From positions 2,823,908-2,887,907 of the forward strand of contig CBDFIJ010000004.1 in assembly GCA_965248055.1 (NCBI GenBank): a stretch of 64,000 bases of DNA, in the 5' to 3' direction. This DNA is from Candidatus Multivoradales bacterium. Its GTDB lineage: Bacteria; Acidobacteriota; Thermoanaerobaculia; Multivoradales; JAHEKO01. The notes below the pieces were generated by a model that saw only the letters and a program-made list of their open reading frames with translations, ran no database searches and was not told the DNA's origin. Each line of letters starts with the position of its first letter. Within the stretch, counting starts at the first letter, position 1. Both the position numbers and the translations under genes were made by a program. Of the stretch, positions 52,516 through 62,444 are shown piece by piece.

Positions 52516-54087
52516 CTAAACGTCAAACGTCACGCCTTGAGCCAGCGGCAAGTCTGTTCCCCAGTTGATGGTCGAGGTCTGGCGGCGCATGTAGATCTTC
52601 CAGGAGTCGGAGCCGGCTTCGCGACCGCCGCCGGTTTCTTTCTCACCGCCGAAGGCGCCGCCAATTTCAGCTCCTGAAGTCCCGATGTTGACGTTGGCGA
52701 TGCCGCAGTCGCTGCCGGTGGTGGCGAGGAATCGTTCGGCCTCGCGCACGTTCAAGGTGAAGATCGCGGAAGACAAGCCCTGCGGCACGGCGTTGTGGCG
52801 GGCGATGACGTTGTCCAGCTCTTGATATTCAAAGATGTAGAGGATCGGGGCGAAGGTCTCATCACAGGTGATCGGCATTTCGGTGGTGGCTTCGAGCAGA
52901 GTTGGCTGGACGAAGAATCCGTCGCCAGCGATCGCCTCGCCACCGGTGAGAATACGCCCGCCTTGATCCACGGCGGTCTGTATCGCCGCCATCATGTCGT
53001 CTACTGCGCCTTGATCTAGCAGCGGACCCATCAGAATGCCGTCGTCGAGCGGGTCGCCGATGCGGATCGATCCGTAGGCGTCGACCAAGCGTTGTTTCAT
53101 TTCGGCAGCGATGGATTTATGCAGAAACAGTCTGCGGGTGGAGGTGCAGCGTTGGCCAGCGGTACCCACCGCGCCAAACAGCACCGCCATCAGGGTTAGG
53201 TCGAGGTCGGCGTTGGGAGTGACGATGATGCCGTTGTTGCCCCCGAGTTCCAGCAGTGAGCGCCCCAACCGTTTGGAGACTGCCTGACCGACCGCTCGGC
53301 CCATGGTCACCGACCCGGTCGCCGAAACCAAGGGAATGCGGTGATCTTCGGTCATCGGTACACCGACCGCGTGACGATCGCCGACCGCCAAGGTGAAGAT
53401 CGGTGGTGCGTCGTGGTCTTCGAGCACTTTGGCGGCGATGCGGCTGATCGCCAGCGCACTCAACGGGGTCTTTTCCGACGGCTTCCACAGGTTGGCGTCG
53501 CCACAGACCGCCGCTACCATCGCGTTCCAAGCCCAAACCGCCATCGGAAAGTTGAAGGCGGTGATGATGCCGACCACGCCCAGCGGATGCCATTGCTCGT
53601 ACATCCGGTGCTGCGGACGCTCGGAGTGCATGGTTTTGCCATACAACTGGCGCGACATGCCCACTGCCAAGTCGGCCATGTCGATCATCTCTTGCACTTC
53701 ACCGAGGCCCTCGGAGACCACCTTGCCGGCTTCCAGGGTGATCAGAGCGCCGAGGTCGTCTTTGTGGTCGCGCAAGGCGTCGGCCAAAGCGCGCACCACT
53801 TCGCCACGCCGCGGAGCCGGCCACTGGCGCCAGTCGAGGAAGGCTTGGTGCGCCACCTCGGCCACCTGCTGGTATTCCTCGACAGTGCAGGCCCGCACTG
53901 TGGCCAAGACCTCACCAGTGGTGGGATCGATGGAGGGGATTACCTCACCGCTGGTCTTGAGCCAAGATCCTGCCCAAGCCCCCGAGTTTTGCACTCCTGA
54001 GCTTTCTGGCTCGATGCCTAAGCGCGCCAAAATACCTTCGACGCGCTGCTGTCGGGATGAATTGGAAGAATTTTCTGATGGGGCCAT
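52516..54087 (-). CDS. Aldehyde dehydrogenase, ALDH7 (alpha-aminoadipic semialdehyde / piperideine-6-carboxylate dehydrogenase) type
   Basis: GEVQEMIDMADLAVGMSRQLYG is characteristic of ALDH7/antiquitin. ELGGNN and GQRCTSTRR carry the catalytic Glu and Cys. Adjacent to lat. Confidence 0.85.
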   Translation of the reverse strand: MAPSENSSNSSRQQRVEGILARLGIEPESSGVQNSGAWAGSWLKTSGEVIPSIDPTTGEVLATVRACTVEEYQQVAEVAHQAFLDWRQWPAPRRGEVVRALADALRDHKDDLGALITLEAGKVVSEGLGEVQEMIDMADLAVGMSRQLYGKTMHSERPQHRMYEQWHPLGVVGIITAFNFPMAVWAWNAMVAAVCGDANLWKPSEKTPLSALAISRIAAKVLEDHDAPPIFTLAVGDRHAVGVPMTEDHRIPLVSATGSVTMGRAVGQAVSKRLGRSLLELGGNNGIIVTPNADLDLTLMAVLFGAVGTAGQRCTSTRRLFLHKSIAAEMKQRLVDAYGSIRIGDPLDDGILMGPLLDQGAVDDMMAAIQTAVDQGGRILTGGEAIAGDGFFVQPTLLEATTEMPITCDETFAPILYIFEYQELDNVIARHNAVPQGLSSAIFTLNVREAERFLATTGSDCGIANVNIGTSGAEIGGAFGGEKETGGGREAGSDSWKIYMRRQTSTINWGTDLPLAQGVTFDV

Positions 54088-54232
54088 TGCTGAGTCCTCT
54101 CGATCGGAGTGCGACCGACTGTTGCTGTCTTATCGTTTCGCCGCGACCACGGTCTGCGGCTTGCTAGCCCGAAATGGCGACTCCATTTGGCTGACTTGTG
54201 GTCGCCAACCTGGGGCAGCCAAAGCTGGGCCG

Positions 54233-55570
54233 CTAACCTCGGACCGTCGCCACCGCCTGATCGACGCGTTTCAGGGCTTCCTGGGCTTCTGCCGCCGAAA
54301 GGTTGAGCGCTGGACGGAAGCGGATTGCCTGGGTTCCTGACGGCAGGGCCAAGACCCCAAGTTCGCGCATTGAGGTCAACACCGCACCCCGTGCATCGGG
54401 GCTGGGTAGATCAAAGGCGATGAACATGCCGCGACCGCGTGCGTTGCTCAACCAGCCATCGTGCTCCTCACCGATAGTCTGCAAGCCGTCGGTGATCAGG
54501 TCGCCTACCTGCTTGGCGTTTTCCAGCAGGTTGTCCTCTTCGATGATCTCTACAAATCGACGGCAGCGGACCATGTCGGCGATGTTGCCGCCCCAGGTGG
54601 AGTTGATACGACTGGAGACCTTAAACACGTTGTCTACGTCGTCGATGCGCGGCGAAACACAGATGCCGCAAACCTGGGTTTTCTTACCGAAGGCGAAAAT
54701 GTCGGGCACTACGTTGAAGTGCTCAAAACACCACCAAGATCCGGTGGTTCCAAAACCGGTTTGCACCTCATCGAAGATGAGCAGAAATTCATATTGGTCA
54801 GCCAACGCACGCAACTTGTGCAGGAACTCACCGCGGAAATGGGTGTCTCCGCCCTCTCCTTGGATCGGCTCCAAGATCAAGGCTGCAATGTCATGGCCAT
54901 GTTCGGCGACCGCCGCTTCAATGGCAGCCACCGCTTGATCTTCTTCTGCGATCACCCGGTTGAGCACGGAATCAGTGACTGGAAAGGACAGCCCTGGGGT
55001 GGGCACACGGGGCCAAGAAAACTGCGGAAAGTAGTCGGTCTTGGTTGGGTCGGTGTTGGTTAACGACATGGTGTAGCCGCTGCGCCCATGAAACGCGTGG
55101 CGAAAATGGATCACTTGGCTACCGGCTTCGGAGCGGCCCGCCGCCATGTTCTTGCGTCGCTTCCAGTCAAAGGCAGTTTTTAGTGCGTTCTCAATCGCCA
55201 GTGCTCCGCCCTCAATGAAGAACATGTGGTGTTGAAAAGATTCTGGAACGGTGCGCGAGAAGGCCTCAACAAAATCGGCCATCTGGGTGGTGTAGAGGTC
55301 GGAATTGGAAAGCTTGAATAGCGCCGCGGCGGTTAGCTCTTCAAGAAAATCAGGATCATCCATTTTGGCATGATTGAAACCGACCGCTGAAGTGGCGAAA
55401 CATCCGAACAGGTCAATGTAGGTCTTGCCTTCACGAGAGTCATAGAGGCTGGAACCTTGAGACTGATTTAGGTCGACGACCAATTCAAATCCGTCCACCA
55501 ACATGTGTCGGCGTAGTGCGCTGTGTACTTCTTGGGGAGCAATGTGTGGGCGAGCCGTGGCTACCGTCAT
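54233..55570 (-). CDS. lat: L-lysine 6-transaminase (class III PLP aminotransferase)
   Basis: Start at MTVATARPHIAPQEVH (ATG 55570, preceded by GGAGG). HMLVDGFELVVDLNQSQGSSLYDS, FDEVQTGFGTTG and FAFGKK (PLP Lys). The long track N-terminal extension overlaps batE and is rejected. Confidence 0.85.
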   Translation of the reverse strand: MTVATARPHIAPQEVHSALRRHMLVDGFELVVDLNQSQGSSLYDSREGKTYIDLFGCFATSAVGFNHAKMDDPDFLEELTAAALFKLSNSDLYTTQMADFVEAFSRTVPESFQHHMFFIEGGALAIENALKTAFDWKRRKNMAAGRSEAGSQVIHFRHAFHGRSGYTMSLTNTDPTKTDYFPQFSWPRVPTPGLSFPVTDSVLNRVIAEEDQAVAAIEAAVAEHGHDIAALILEPIQGEGGDTHFRGEFLHKLRALADQYEFLLIFDEVQTGFGTTGSWWCFEHFNVVPDIFAFGKKTQVCGICVSPRIDDVDNVFKVSSRINSTWGGNIADMVRCRRFVEIIEEDNLLENAKQVGDLITDGLQTIGEEHDGWLSNARGRGMFIAFDLPSPDARGAVLTSMRELGVLALPSGTQAIRFRPALNLSAAEAQEALKRVDQAVATVRG

Positions 55571-55772
55571 GGGGCCTCCGAAATTCTGTTTGGGTACCTT
55601 GACAGAGTGTTGAGACACGCGAGTGTGAAGACTACTGCGTCCTGGGAACACTGCATCAAGGAATCGCGATGGCGTTCGTCGCCACCTTGCGGATGGTAGC
55701 AGCGGACTAGAGCTAAGTTCAATGACAAAACCGGGGTCGCTGAATCGGGTTCGATCGCGATTGGCTGGAGAG

Positions 55773-56720
55773 TTATACGAACGGCGGTGCTGCCGCAGAA
55801 TCGGTGGTCGGCACAGTGATCTCGGAGCTCTCGGGCTGTACTGAAGGAGAGCTCGATTCGCTGAAACTGGAGGTCGGCGGCAGCATCGAGGATCGTACGC
55901 GGACCACATTTTCCGGCTGGCAACGAAAGGTTCCGGCAGACGACCAAACTTTGGCCGGGTTGGTTTGTGAAACCCAGACCTCACTGCCGCCGGGAAGATT
56001 CAAGGCGTCGGCTTGGCAGTCGGCCATCAGGACACCGGTGACCGGGGCGATGGTGCCCGCTGCAGCCTGCAGCCCAAGATGTCCGGCAGCCAGCAGTACT
56101 CCGGTGGCAACCAGCGCCCATCCTCGGGGCCGACCACCAATCCAACGCAGCAGGAGGAGCAGCGAGAGAAATCCACCCGCCACCCAGCCGGAGTGCTTCG
56201 CAACTTGAGATAACACCGCCATCGGTTGCCACGGATCGGGAGGCGCGACACCCAGGTCGGTTCTCAGCCGGACGAGATTTTCCATTGCCCAGGGGTCTTC
56301 CGAGGCCAGATCCAGAGCGCGTCGATACCAAAGGACCGCCTGCGGGTACTGTCCCAGTTCTTGTTCCACCCGCCCGAGGTTGTAGTAGAGGGTCGCGCTG
56401 GGGGATGCTTCGACTTGCCGCAGATACTCACTGCGAGCGCCCACCGCGTCTCCGGTTTCAAACAGTGCCCCGGCCGCTGCCAGTGCGTCAAGGTCTGCTC
56501 GCGCTCCGGGTTTTTGTTGCGGGAGGTCTTCAGCCGGACTGTCTTCCAACGCGGATTGGGCCTCCAACCCGGATTCTTGGGCGCCAACGGCAGAAACGAG
56601 AACTAGAGCAAGCGCGGCCCATCGCGTTGTTTGCCATTTTGAGAACGGAGCAATGCGAAACCAAGTCCGGACCTTGGATTTGGTGTCGCTCATCAAAGGA
56701 CTGATCGCGGCAGCATTCAT
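55773..56720 (-). CDS. batE: BatE-like TPR protein, last gene of the Bat operon
   Basis: Start MNAAAISPL at 56720 (ATGA overlap with the batD stop). TM, TPR-like YYNLGRVEQELGQYPQAVLWYRRALD, and a C-terminal SH3-like region. Operon position matches. Confidence 0.6.
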   Translation of the reverse strand: MNAAAISPLMSDTKSKVRTWFRIAPFSKWQTTRWAALALVLVSAVGAQESGLEAQSALEDSPAEDLPQQKPGARADLDALAAAGALFETGDAVGARSEYLRQVEASPSATLYYNLGRVEQELGQYPQAVLWYRRALDLASEDPWAMENLVRLRTDLGVAPPDPWQPMAVLSQVAKHSGWVAGGFLSLLLLLRWIGGRPRGWALVATGVLLAAGHLGLQAAAGTIAPVTGVLMADCQADALNLPGGSEVWVSQTNPAKVWSSAGTFRCQPENVVRVRSSMLPPTSSFSESSSPSVQPESSEITVPTTDSAAAPPFV

Positions 56721-58573
56721 CTTCGCGGCAGTCGCTTGACCCACTCTAAGGCCGAGTTTTTGAGTTCGGTGGCGAGTCGATCAGTCTGTGAAAGTTGTGG
56801 TGCGAAGCGCAGATAGTACAGATCCTCGGTGAGCTTTTCGAGCCGGTCGAGAGCCGCCAGCGGTAGGCCTTTGCCTTGCAGATGCTCGACCCAGGACTCG
56901 GGAGCAGCATTCTCCGGTAGCCCCCATCGCTCGACCAAGTATCGGCGCACGGCTGCTTCGATTGCCGGTGCAGTGCGGCGGGACTCCGAACTGGAGACCG
57001 CCGAGAGCGCCTGTTGCAGGACTTGGCGCGGTCGCCGGGATTTCTCGCCGGCGACAACCGGCAACGCAGTTGTTCCAGGATTGTCGAGTGCCGAAGATTC
57101 ACTTCCTCGTCGCAGATCGGAGAAGGCGGTCATGGCAACCCCGACTGCCGCCAACGCCAGCAACCACAGCCCCCAGCCACGGTCCCGCGAGCCTTCCAGT
57201 CCGGCGACCGCAGCCATCCGCACCGGATGCAGCAATGGGCTGCGATCCACCCGACGCTGGGGTTCAGCGGCCCGCACTGCGGGTACCGCCTCAAGCAAGT
57301 GGCTTTCAGTACTGGCGACGGCAAACGACTCGGTTTGGGGATCAAAGTAGGGGATGGTGATTTTGGGCAACTGGTAAGAGCCGGCGCGATCTGGCACCAC
57401 CACCCAACGCCATTTGCGGGTGAACTGAACCCCATTGGGGTTGAACTTCTGGGAACTCTCTCCCTGCGGGGGATAGATCTCGACGCCCCCCGGCGCCTCG
57501 ATCACCGGATCGGGAACCCGGCGTAGATTGCCGCGACCGCGGGCCACGACCTCAAGTTGAGCCGCCTGGCCAGCTTCGACGTTGGCCGGCTCAAGGGTCG
57601 ATTTGAGGTTAATCGGGCCGACCGAAGCGTTCGGCGGGCCGCCGGCGGGCAGAGGACGCACGCTGAGCTTGGCGGCTGGCGAAGTGCGGCGTACCGCTCG
57701 ACGGTCGCGAAAAAAGCCACTCGAGTCGAGATCCACTTCAAACGCCATGGTGGCGGGATCAATTTCCAGTTCGCCGGGACGCAACGGATAGAGGACTCGC
57801 TCCAACAGCGCCACCCGCAGCCACTGACGGCCATCGATCGTCACCGTCTCGGCGCGTTTGGGTTTGGCATCGGCGCTCGGCTCTTCGTTCCAAAAGCCCT
57901 CAAAGTCGGGCAGATCCTCGGCGTTGACCGCGGTGACGTCGTTGCGGGTGAACAGATACAAGGTGTAGTGAACCTGCTCACCAACAAAAGGATCGCCCGG
58001 GTTGGTCTCGGCCCGCAGGTGCAGTTCGGGTTCGGATTCACGCTGCGAGAACGGGTCTCTAGACCGGCGTTGGAAGAACTGTTCCATGGGGTCGGCTTGA
58101 CGCTGGCGTGGCACTGCCTCAGGGACCGCTTTTTCTTGCACTGCGACCGATAGGTCTGTGCCAACGATGGTTTGGTCGCCGACCTGCACCCGAATGTTAG
58201 TGACGCGTCCCTCGCCGACCGTGGTGGGGCGGAGCCGCCAACGCAGGGTAGTGGAATTCGAGATCGCTCCGTTGACGAACTGCATGCTCTGTTCTCGGAA
58301 TGGTCCGGCTACGATCTCCAGATTGTCGAGCTCAAAGGTTGGTTGCACTCGCAACAACCGCATCGCTGCGACCATGACGCGGATTTCCAGAATAGTTTCT
58401 TGACCCAAGCCGATCGGGTTGGGCAGCAGGCGGGTCGCGAGGGTCGGTTCTTGATCCTGTGCCTGAACCCAGGAAGGCCCGAAGACGATCAGGAGTATGG
58501 CGAGAATCCCCACTCCAGCGCGACCTCGGAGTGGCCGGTGGAGAAGTCCAAGCTGTGGTTGCATACGGGTCAT
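56717..58573 (-). CDS. batD: BatD-like (oxygen tolerance) protein
   Basis: Start MTRMQPQLG at 58573, just after the batC stop. Signal peptide, repeated Ig-like segments, a late TM (GWGLWLLALAAVGVAMTAF) and a cytoplasmic tail: BatD architecture at the expected operon position. Confidence 0.65.
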   Translation of the reverse strand: MTRMQPQLGLLHRPLRGRAGVGILAILLIVFGPSWVQAQDQEPTLATRLLPNPIGLGQETILEIRVMVAAMRLLRVQPTFELDNLEIVAGPFREQSMQFVNGAISNSTTLRWRLRPTTVGEGRVTNIRVQVGDQTIVGTDLSVAVQEKAVPEAVPRQRQADPMEQFFQRRSRDPFSQRESEPELHLRAETNPGDPFVGEQVHYTLYLFTRNDVTAVNAEDLPDFEGFWNEEPSADAKPKRAETVTIDGRQWLRVALLERVLYPLRPGELEIDPATMAFEVDLDSSGFFRDRRAVRRTSPAAKLSVRPLPAGGPPNASVGPINLKSTLEPANVEAGQAAQLEVVARGRGNLRRVPDPVIEAPGGVEIYPPQGESSQKFNPNGVQFTRKWRWVVVPDRAGSYQLPKITIPYFDPQTESFAVASTESHLLEAVPAVRAAEPQRRVDRSPLLHPVRMAAVAGLEGSRDRGWGLWLLALAAVGVAMTAFSDLRRGSESSALDNPGTTALPVVAGEKSRRPRQVLQQALSAVSSSESRRTAPAIEAAVRRYLVERWGLPENAAPESWVEHLQGKGLPLAALDRLEKLTEDLYYLRFAPQLSQTDRLATELKNSALEWVKRLPRR

Positions 58574-58577
58574 CCGA

Positions 58578-59450
58578 CTACCAGTCTCGGTTCCCTGGTG
58601 CCGCTTGCCGACGTTCGGGTTGTTCGGCAGCACGTGCTTCTTGTTCCATCGCTTCTACCGCTTCGAGTAGAGAAGCGGCTTCTTCTGCGGTCATGTCCGG
58701 TTGGGGCTGAAACTTGGGCAGTGGCGATTCCTCCTGCCCCTGTTGTGGTTGAGGTTGTATTGACTCTTCCTGTTCCCCTTCTTGAGGGTCGGGGGAGGTC
58801 TCACCCTCATCTCCTTGCTGTTGTTCCTGTTGTTGGTCCTGTTCTGCGTTCTGTTCTGAGTCCTCGGAGTCTTGATCCTGCTGTTGCTGCTCCTGTTGTT
58901 GGGCTTGCAGCGCCAGTTCTAGATTGATCTTGGCCGAGACGCGGGAAGGGTCGCGGCGCAACGATTCTTCAAACCATTGCACTGCCTGATCGTGCTGTTT
59001 GGACTCAAAATACGCGTTGCCTAGGTTGTAGGCGGCGTCGCTTGACAGGGTTGGATCGCTGGTCGCTTCAGCGACCGGTCGTAGTGCGCTCTCGGCTGCA
59101 GTCGCGTCTCCGGTCAACAAGTGGGTGGTACCTTGGTTGAATGCTGCAACCGGGTTTCCCGGAGCCAAAGCCCTGGCCTCGGTAGCGGCGGTGATCGCTT
59201 CTTCTGGGCGCTCTTGTTCCAGAGCGTCAATTGCCCGGTCGGTGCGTTCCCGTGGGTTGTACAGCCAACCCCGTTTGGTCTGCAGCGGATTCTGGACGGT
59301 TGGACTCGGTTGAGCGCCGGAGGGGGAGCTGATGAACTCCGATGGCTCATCGACCGGTGCGGTCGGATTCGCCTGCTGACCCCAACTGGCTGCGGCCAGC
59401 GTCGCTGCGATGACGACCCCTACGATCGCTAGTCGTTCGAGTAGCTTCAT
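58578..59450 (-). CDS. batC: BatC-like TPR protein with a Q/E-rich tail
   Basis: Signal/anchor, then TPR (AAYNLGNAYFESKQHDQAVQWFEESLRRDP), then a QQQEQQQQDQDSEDSEQ low-complexity region. ATGA overlap with the batB stop. Confidence 0.65.
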   Translation of the reverse strand: MKLLERLAIVGVVIAATLAAASWGQQANPTAPVDEPSEFISSPSGAQPSPTVQNPLQTKRGWLYNPRERTDRAIDALEQERPEEAITAATEARALAPGNPVAAFNQGTTHLLTGDATAAESALRPVAEATSDPTLSSDAAYNLGNAYFESKQHDQAVQWFEESLRRDPSRVSAKINLELALQAQQQEQQQQDQDSEDSEQNAEQDQQQEQQQGDEGETSPDPQEGEQEESIQPQPQQGQEESPLPKFQPQPDMTAEEAASLLEAVEAMEQEARAAEQPERRQAAPGNRDW

Positions 59451-60454
59451 GTCGCCTCCCGCACTGGCTGCAGGGGCTTGACCATCGAGGCCGCGGCAAG
59501 CGCCAAGATCGAGATCAACAGGGGAATCTGGAAACGTTCTTCTTGTTGGACGATGGTTTCTTGACCCAACGAACGCGCTTCCAAGCCGAGGATCGAATCG
59601 ACGATTGGGTCAAGCGATTCTCCAGCCCGGTCAACCGAGACAAACTGACCGCCGGTGATCTCCGACAGGGTTTCCAAGGAATCGGTTCCGAGTTTGGAGA
59701 TCACCACCTGTCCTTGACCGTCTTGTTTGTAGGTTCCCCGCCCCGCCCCGGCCACCGGAATCGGTCCACCTTGAGCGGTGCCGACTGCCAATACATGGAC
59801 CGAAATACCGACCTCCGCCAAGCGTCGCTGAGCCGCGTTGAGATGATCCCCATGATCCTCTCCGTCAGTGATCAGCAGGATCCCGCGGTGGCGCTCTTCG
59901 CCCGGTAGAAACAGATCTGCAGCCCGCTCCAGAGCCAACCCCAGATCGGTTCCAGGGCGTTCGAGTGAGCCGACGCGCACCGAGTCCGCCGCCATACGAA
60001 CCGCGTCCAAGTCTGCGGTCATCGGAGTCAGCGCGCGTACCGTTCCTTCCATCTGCAACAAAGCGACGCGGTGTCCTTCAATGCGTTCCGTGATCCGTCC
60101 CAAGAGGGTCTTGGCAACGGCGATCCGCGACGGGGTTACGTCGGCTACGTTCATCGAAGAAGAGGAGTCCAAAATCACCACCGTATCGACGCCGATTCGC
60201 TCCACGGTGTGTTCTGATTCGCCCCAGCGCGGACGAGCGATGGCGAGCACCGATGCGGCGACGGCGAGACCCAATAGAGCTAGTCGTAGCCACAGACGCC
60301 GACTGGAGGCGTCAATCCCAAGGCGCGCCCATTGAGCTTTGCCCGCCCAGGCGGATAGCGCTTTCCTGAGTCGCTGCCACCACAGCCAGCCGAGGATCAT
60401 CACCAGCGGAACCAGCAGCAGCAAAATCATGCGTTGAGGGGCGCCCCAAGTCAT
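59447..60454 (-). CDS. batB: VWA-domain membrane protein BatB-like
   Basis: N-terminal TMs and a VWA MIDAS motif (VVILDSSSSM...), LLITDGEDHG, and a C-terminal TM. Confidence 0.8.
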   Translation of the reverse strand: MTWGAPQRMILLLLVPLVMILGWLWWQRLRKALSAWAGKAQWARLGIDASSRRLWLRLALLGLAVAASVLAIARPRWGESEHTVERIGVDTVVILDSSSSMNVADVTPSRIAVAKTLLGRITERIEGHRVALLQMEGTVRALTPMTADLDAVRMAADSVRVGSLERPGTDLGLALERAADLFLPGEERHRGILLITDGEDHGDHLNAAQRRLAEVGISVHVLAVGTAQGGPIPVAGAGRGTYKQDGQGQVVISKLGTDSLETLSEITGGQFVSVDRAGESLDPIVDSILGLEARSLGQETIVQQEERFQIPLLISILALAAASMVKPLQPVREAT

Positions 60455-61443
60455 GGTTCGACGCTCCAGCCCAACAGCGCGAACAGCGAAGGCAGGCCCA
60501 TCAACACCAGCGCGCCAGCGGCGAGCGGGGGGAAGGCCTCACGGTAACGAGACATCTTGCGACTGCGCACGGGAGTGGTCTCAAGCTGATCAATCTCGGC
60601 GAACACCCTTTCCAAAGCGTGGGAGTCAGTGGCCTCAAAGTAATGACCTCCGGTGCCCTCGGCGATCTGACGCAGCAACTCTTCGTCGACCTCGACGTTA
60701 AGCATGGTATGCACCATTTCCTCGCGACCGGTGCGCGGATCGGTGCGCGGCATCGGTACCGGCACCTTACCCTCGCTGCCAACGCCGATGGTGTAAACGC
60801 GGATGCCTAGACCTTCACAGATCGCCGTCGCGGCGCCGGGATCGATAGCGCCGGCGTTGTTGCCGCCGTCTGTCACCAGGATGGCCACCTTGGATTTGGC
60901 GTCGCTGTCTTTGAGTCGATTGGCCGCGGTCGCCAGAGCGACGCCGATCGCTGTCCCGTCCGGCAGTTTGAATAGCTCCAAACTCTCGACTAGCTCTTGG
61001 ACCATTTTGCGATCGGTGGTCAGTGGTGCTTTGGTCACTGCCACTCCGGAGAACGCCACCAAGCCGATCCGATCGCTGGTGCGGTTAGCGACGAAGTCTT
61101 TGACCACTTGCTGGGCAACATGAAGCCGATTGCGCGGGCGAAAGTCCTCCGCCGCCATACTGCCTGAGACGTCAAGGACCACTTGAATGTCGATTCCTTC
61201 ACTGAGGCTTTCTTCCCACTCGGTGCCGTGCTGGGGGCGCGCTATGGCGGTGATCGCCAGCGCCAATGCCAGCATCCGGGCGATGAACGGCCAGTGGATG
61301 CGAGCCGATCCGCCGAAACTGTCGGGGATGTGGCTGTAGCGCAGCGCGGCTGGGCGCGCGCGGGTTAGGTTCCACCACCAGAGCACGGGGATTCCCAGCA
61401 GCAGTAACAGCCACAGCGGGTCTTCAAAGCGAAACAAGTTCAC
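60451..61443 (-). CDS. batA: VWA-domain membrane protein BatA-like
   Basis: MNLFRFEDPLWLLLLLGIPVLWWW (typical BatA N-terminus), VLDVSGSM, ILVTDGGNNAG, and a C-terminal TM. Confidence 0.8.
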   Translation of the reverse strand: MNLFRFEDPLWLLLLLGIPVLWWWNLTRARPAALRYSHIPDSFGGSARIHWPFIARMLALALAITAIARPQHGTEWEESLSEGIDIQVVLDVSGSMAAEDFRPRNRLHVAQQVVKDFVANRTSDRIGLVAFSGVAVTKAPLTTDRKMVQELVESLELFKLPDGTAIGVALATAANRLKDSDAKSKVAILVTDGGNNAGAIDPGAATAICEGLGIRVYTIGVGSEGKVPVPMPRTDPRTGREEMVHTMLNVEVDEELLRQIAEGTGGHYFEATDSHALERVFAEIDQLETTPVRSRKMSRYREAFPPLAAGALVLMGLPSLFALLGWSVEP

Positions 61444-62444
61444 GCCTCAGCTCCTACAGTTACGCCTTGTTCGCTAGCTTCCACAGTCGCCAGCTCGGCT
61501 GCGCTGAGTCGAGAGTCGATGCTCTCGGCGACAGATTGCGTCCGCCGCACCCGTTCCGTTAGTTCCGGCAAGCTGGTGGAAAAGCGGCCAAACTTGATCC
61601 GGTCACAACCGTCGAGTAGTTCGCGAACTTCGAGCCGAGAGTTGTCAGAGACCGGCAGATCAGAAAGGTCGCGAAGTATTTCTGCGTTGGTGTGCTCAAG
61701 CCCCCGCATTCCGGTCCGACGCCCAAGGAACTGGCGTAGAGAAACACTCAAACCGGCATGGGCGACGTCCGGTTGGCGCGGATCGAGGCCTTTGAGGGCG
61801 CGGCGCAAGTCGGTCAAAGGGTCATTGATCTGCCGCAGAGCTTCTTCGGTTAGGAAGCCGCCAGCACGATGGGCTAGCCACGCTCCGGCGATCGCCAACA
61901 CAGCCAAGGCACCTGCGAGCTGCCAAAAGGTCTTGCCGACCGGCCAGTTCCTGAGCGGAACCGGGGGTTGCAGTGAGATCTCACGATCCTCGGGCAATAC
62001 CGAAGAGACAAGCCAGCGGACCGGTTCGGCCGCCAGTAGCGATTCGCTTCCGTGGGTGGAGTCGACAATGGTGATTTGCGGTTCCGGAAGCTCGACCGCT
62101 CCAGGTCGAAAGGAACGAAGAGTAACGATCTGCCGCCAGGTGGTGCCACCACCCGCATCCTCCGAGGAAGGGGTGCCGGCGGCGACAATCTCAGCGTTAT
62201 CAAAATCTTCCGGTAGCCAACTCTGAGTCCAATCGTCGGCCGAGACTTCCTCTCCCGGCGCGAGTTGGACTTCAAACACCAACTGCACCGCGTCGCCGAC
62301 CGTGATTCCGTCTTCTGGAGTTTGCAGTAGGCGTAAGGTTGCGGCGTCTGTGCTCGCTGAGAGCACACCCAGGAGAATTCCAATCACAGGGATCGCGGTG
62401 ACTCGGACCCGGGGTCGAGGCCAAGAACTAGCGTTGCAACTCAT
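61440..62444 (-). CDS. Hypothetical membrane protein at the BatIII/DUF4381 position of the operon
   Basis: Signal peptide, an extracytoplasmic domain, a single TM (FWQLAGALAVLAIAGAWLA) and a cytoplasmic tail with CDRIKFGRF. 4-nt overlaps on both sides. Confidence 0.5.
   Translation of the reverse strand: MSCNASSWPRPRVRVTAIPVIGILLGVLSASTDAATLRLLQTPEDGITVGDAVQLVFEVQLAPGEEVSADDWTQSWLPEDFDNAEIVAAGTPSSEDAGGGTTWRQIVTLRSFRPGAVELPEPQITIVDSTHGSESLLAAEPVRWLVSSVLPEDREISLQPPVPLRNWPVGKTFWQLAGALAVLAIAGAWLAHRAGGFLTEEALRQINDPLTDLRRALKGLDPRQPDVAHAGLSVSLRQFLGRRTGMRGLEHTNAEILRDLSDLPVSDNSRLEVRELLDGCDRIKFGRFSTSLPELTERVRRTQSVAESIDSRLSAAELATVEASEQGVTVGAEA

Noticed and set aside
55571-55984. N-terminal 138-aa extension of the lat ORF (track ORF 54233..55984) and the 89-aa extension of the phosphatase ORF (3834..4100)
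   Set aside because: The extensions overlap the preceding genes (batE, wzc-like kinase), have noise-like composition, and precede internal ATGs. Each internal ATG marks where family homology starts, and the lat ATG also has a good Shine-Dalgarno context.
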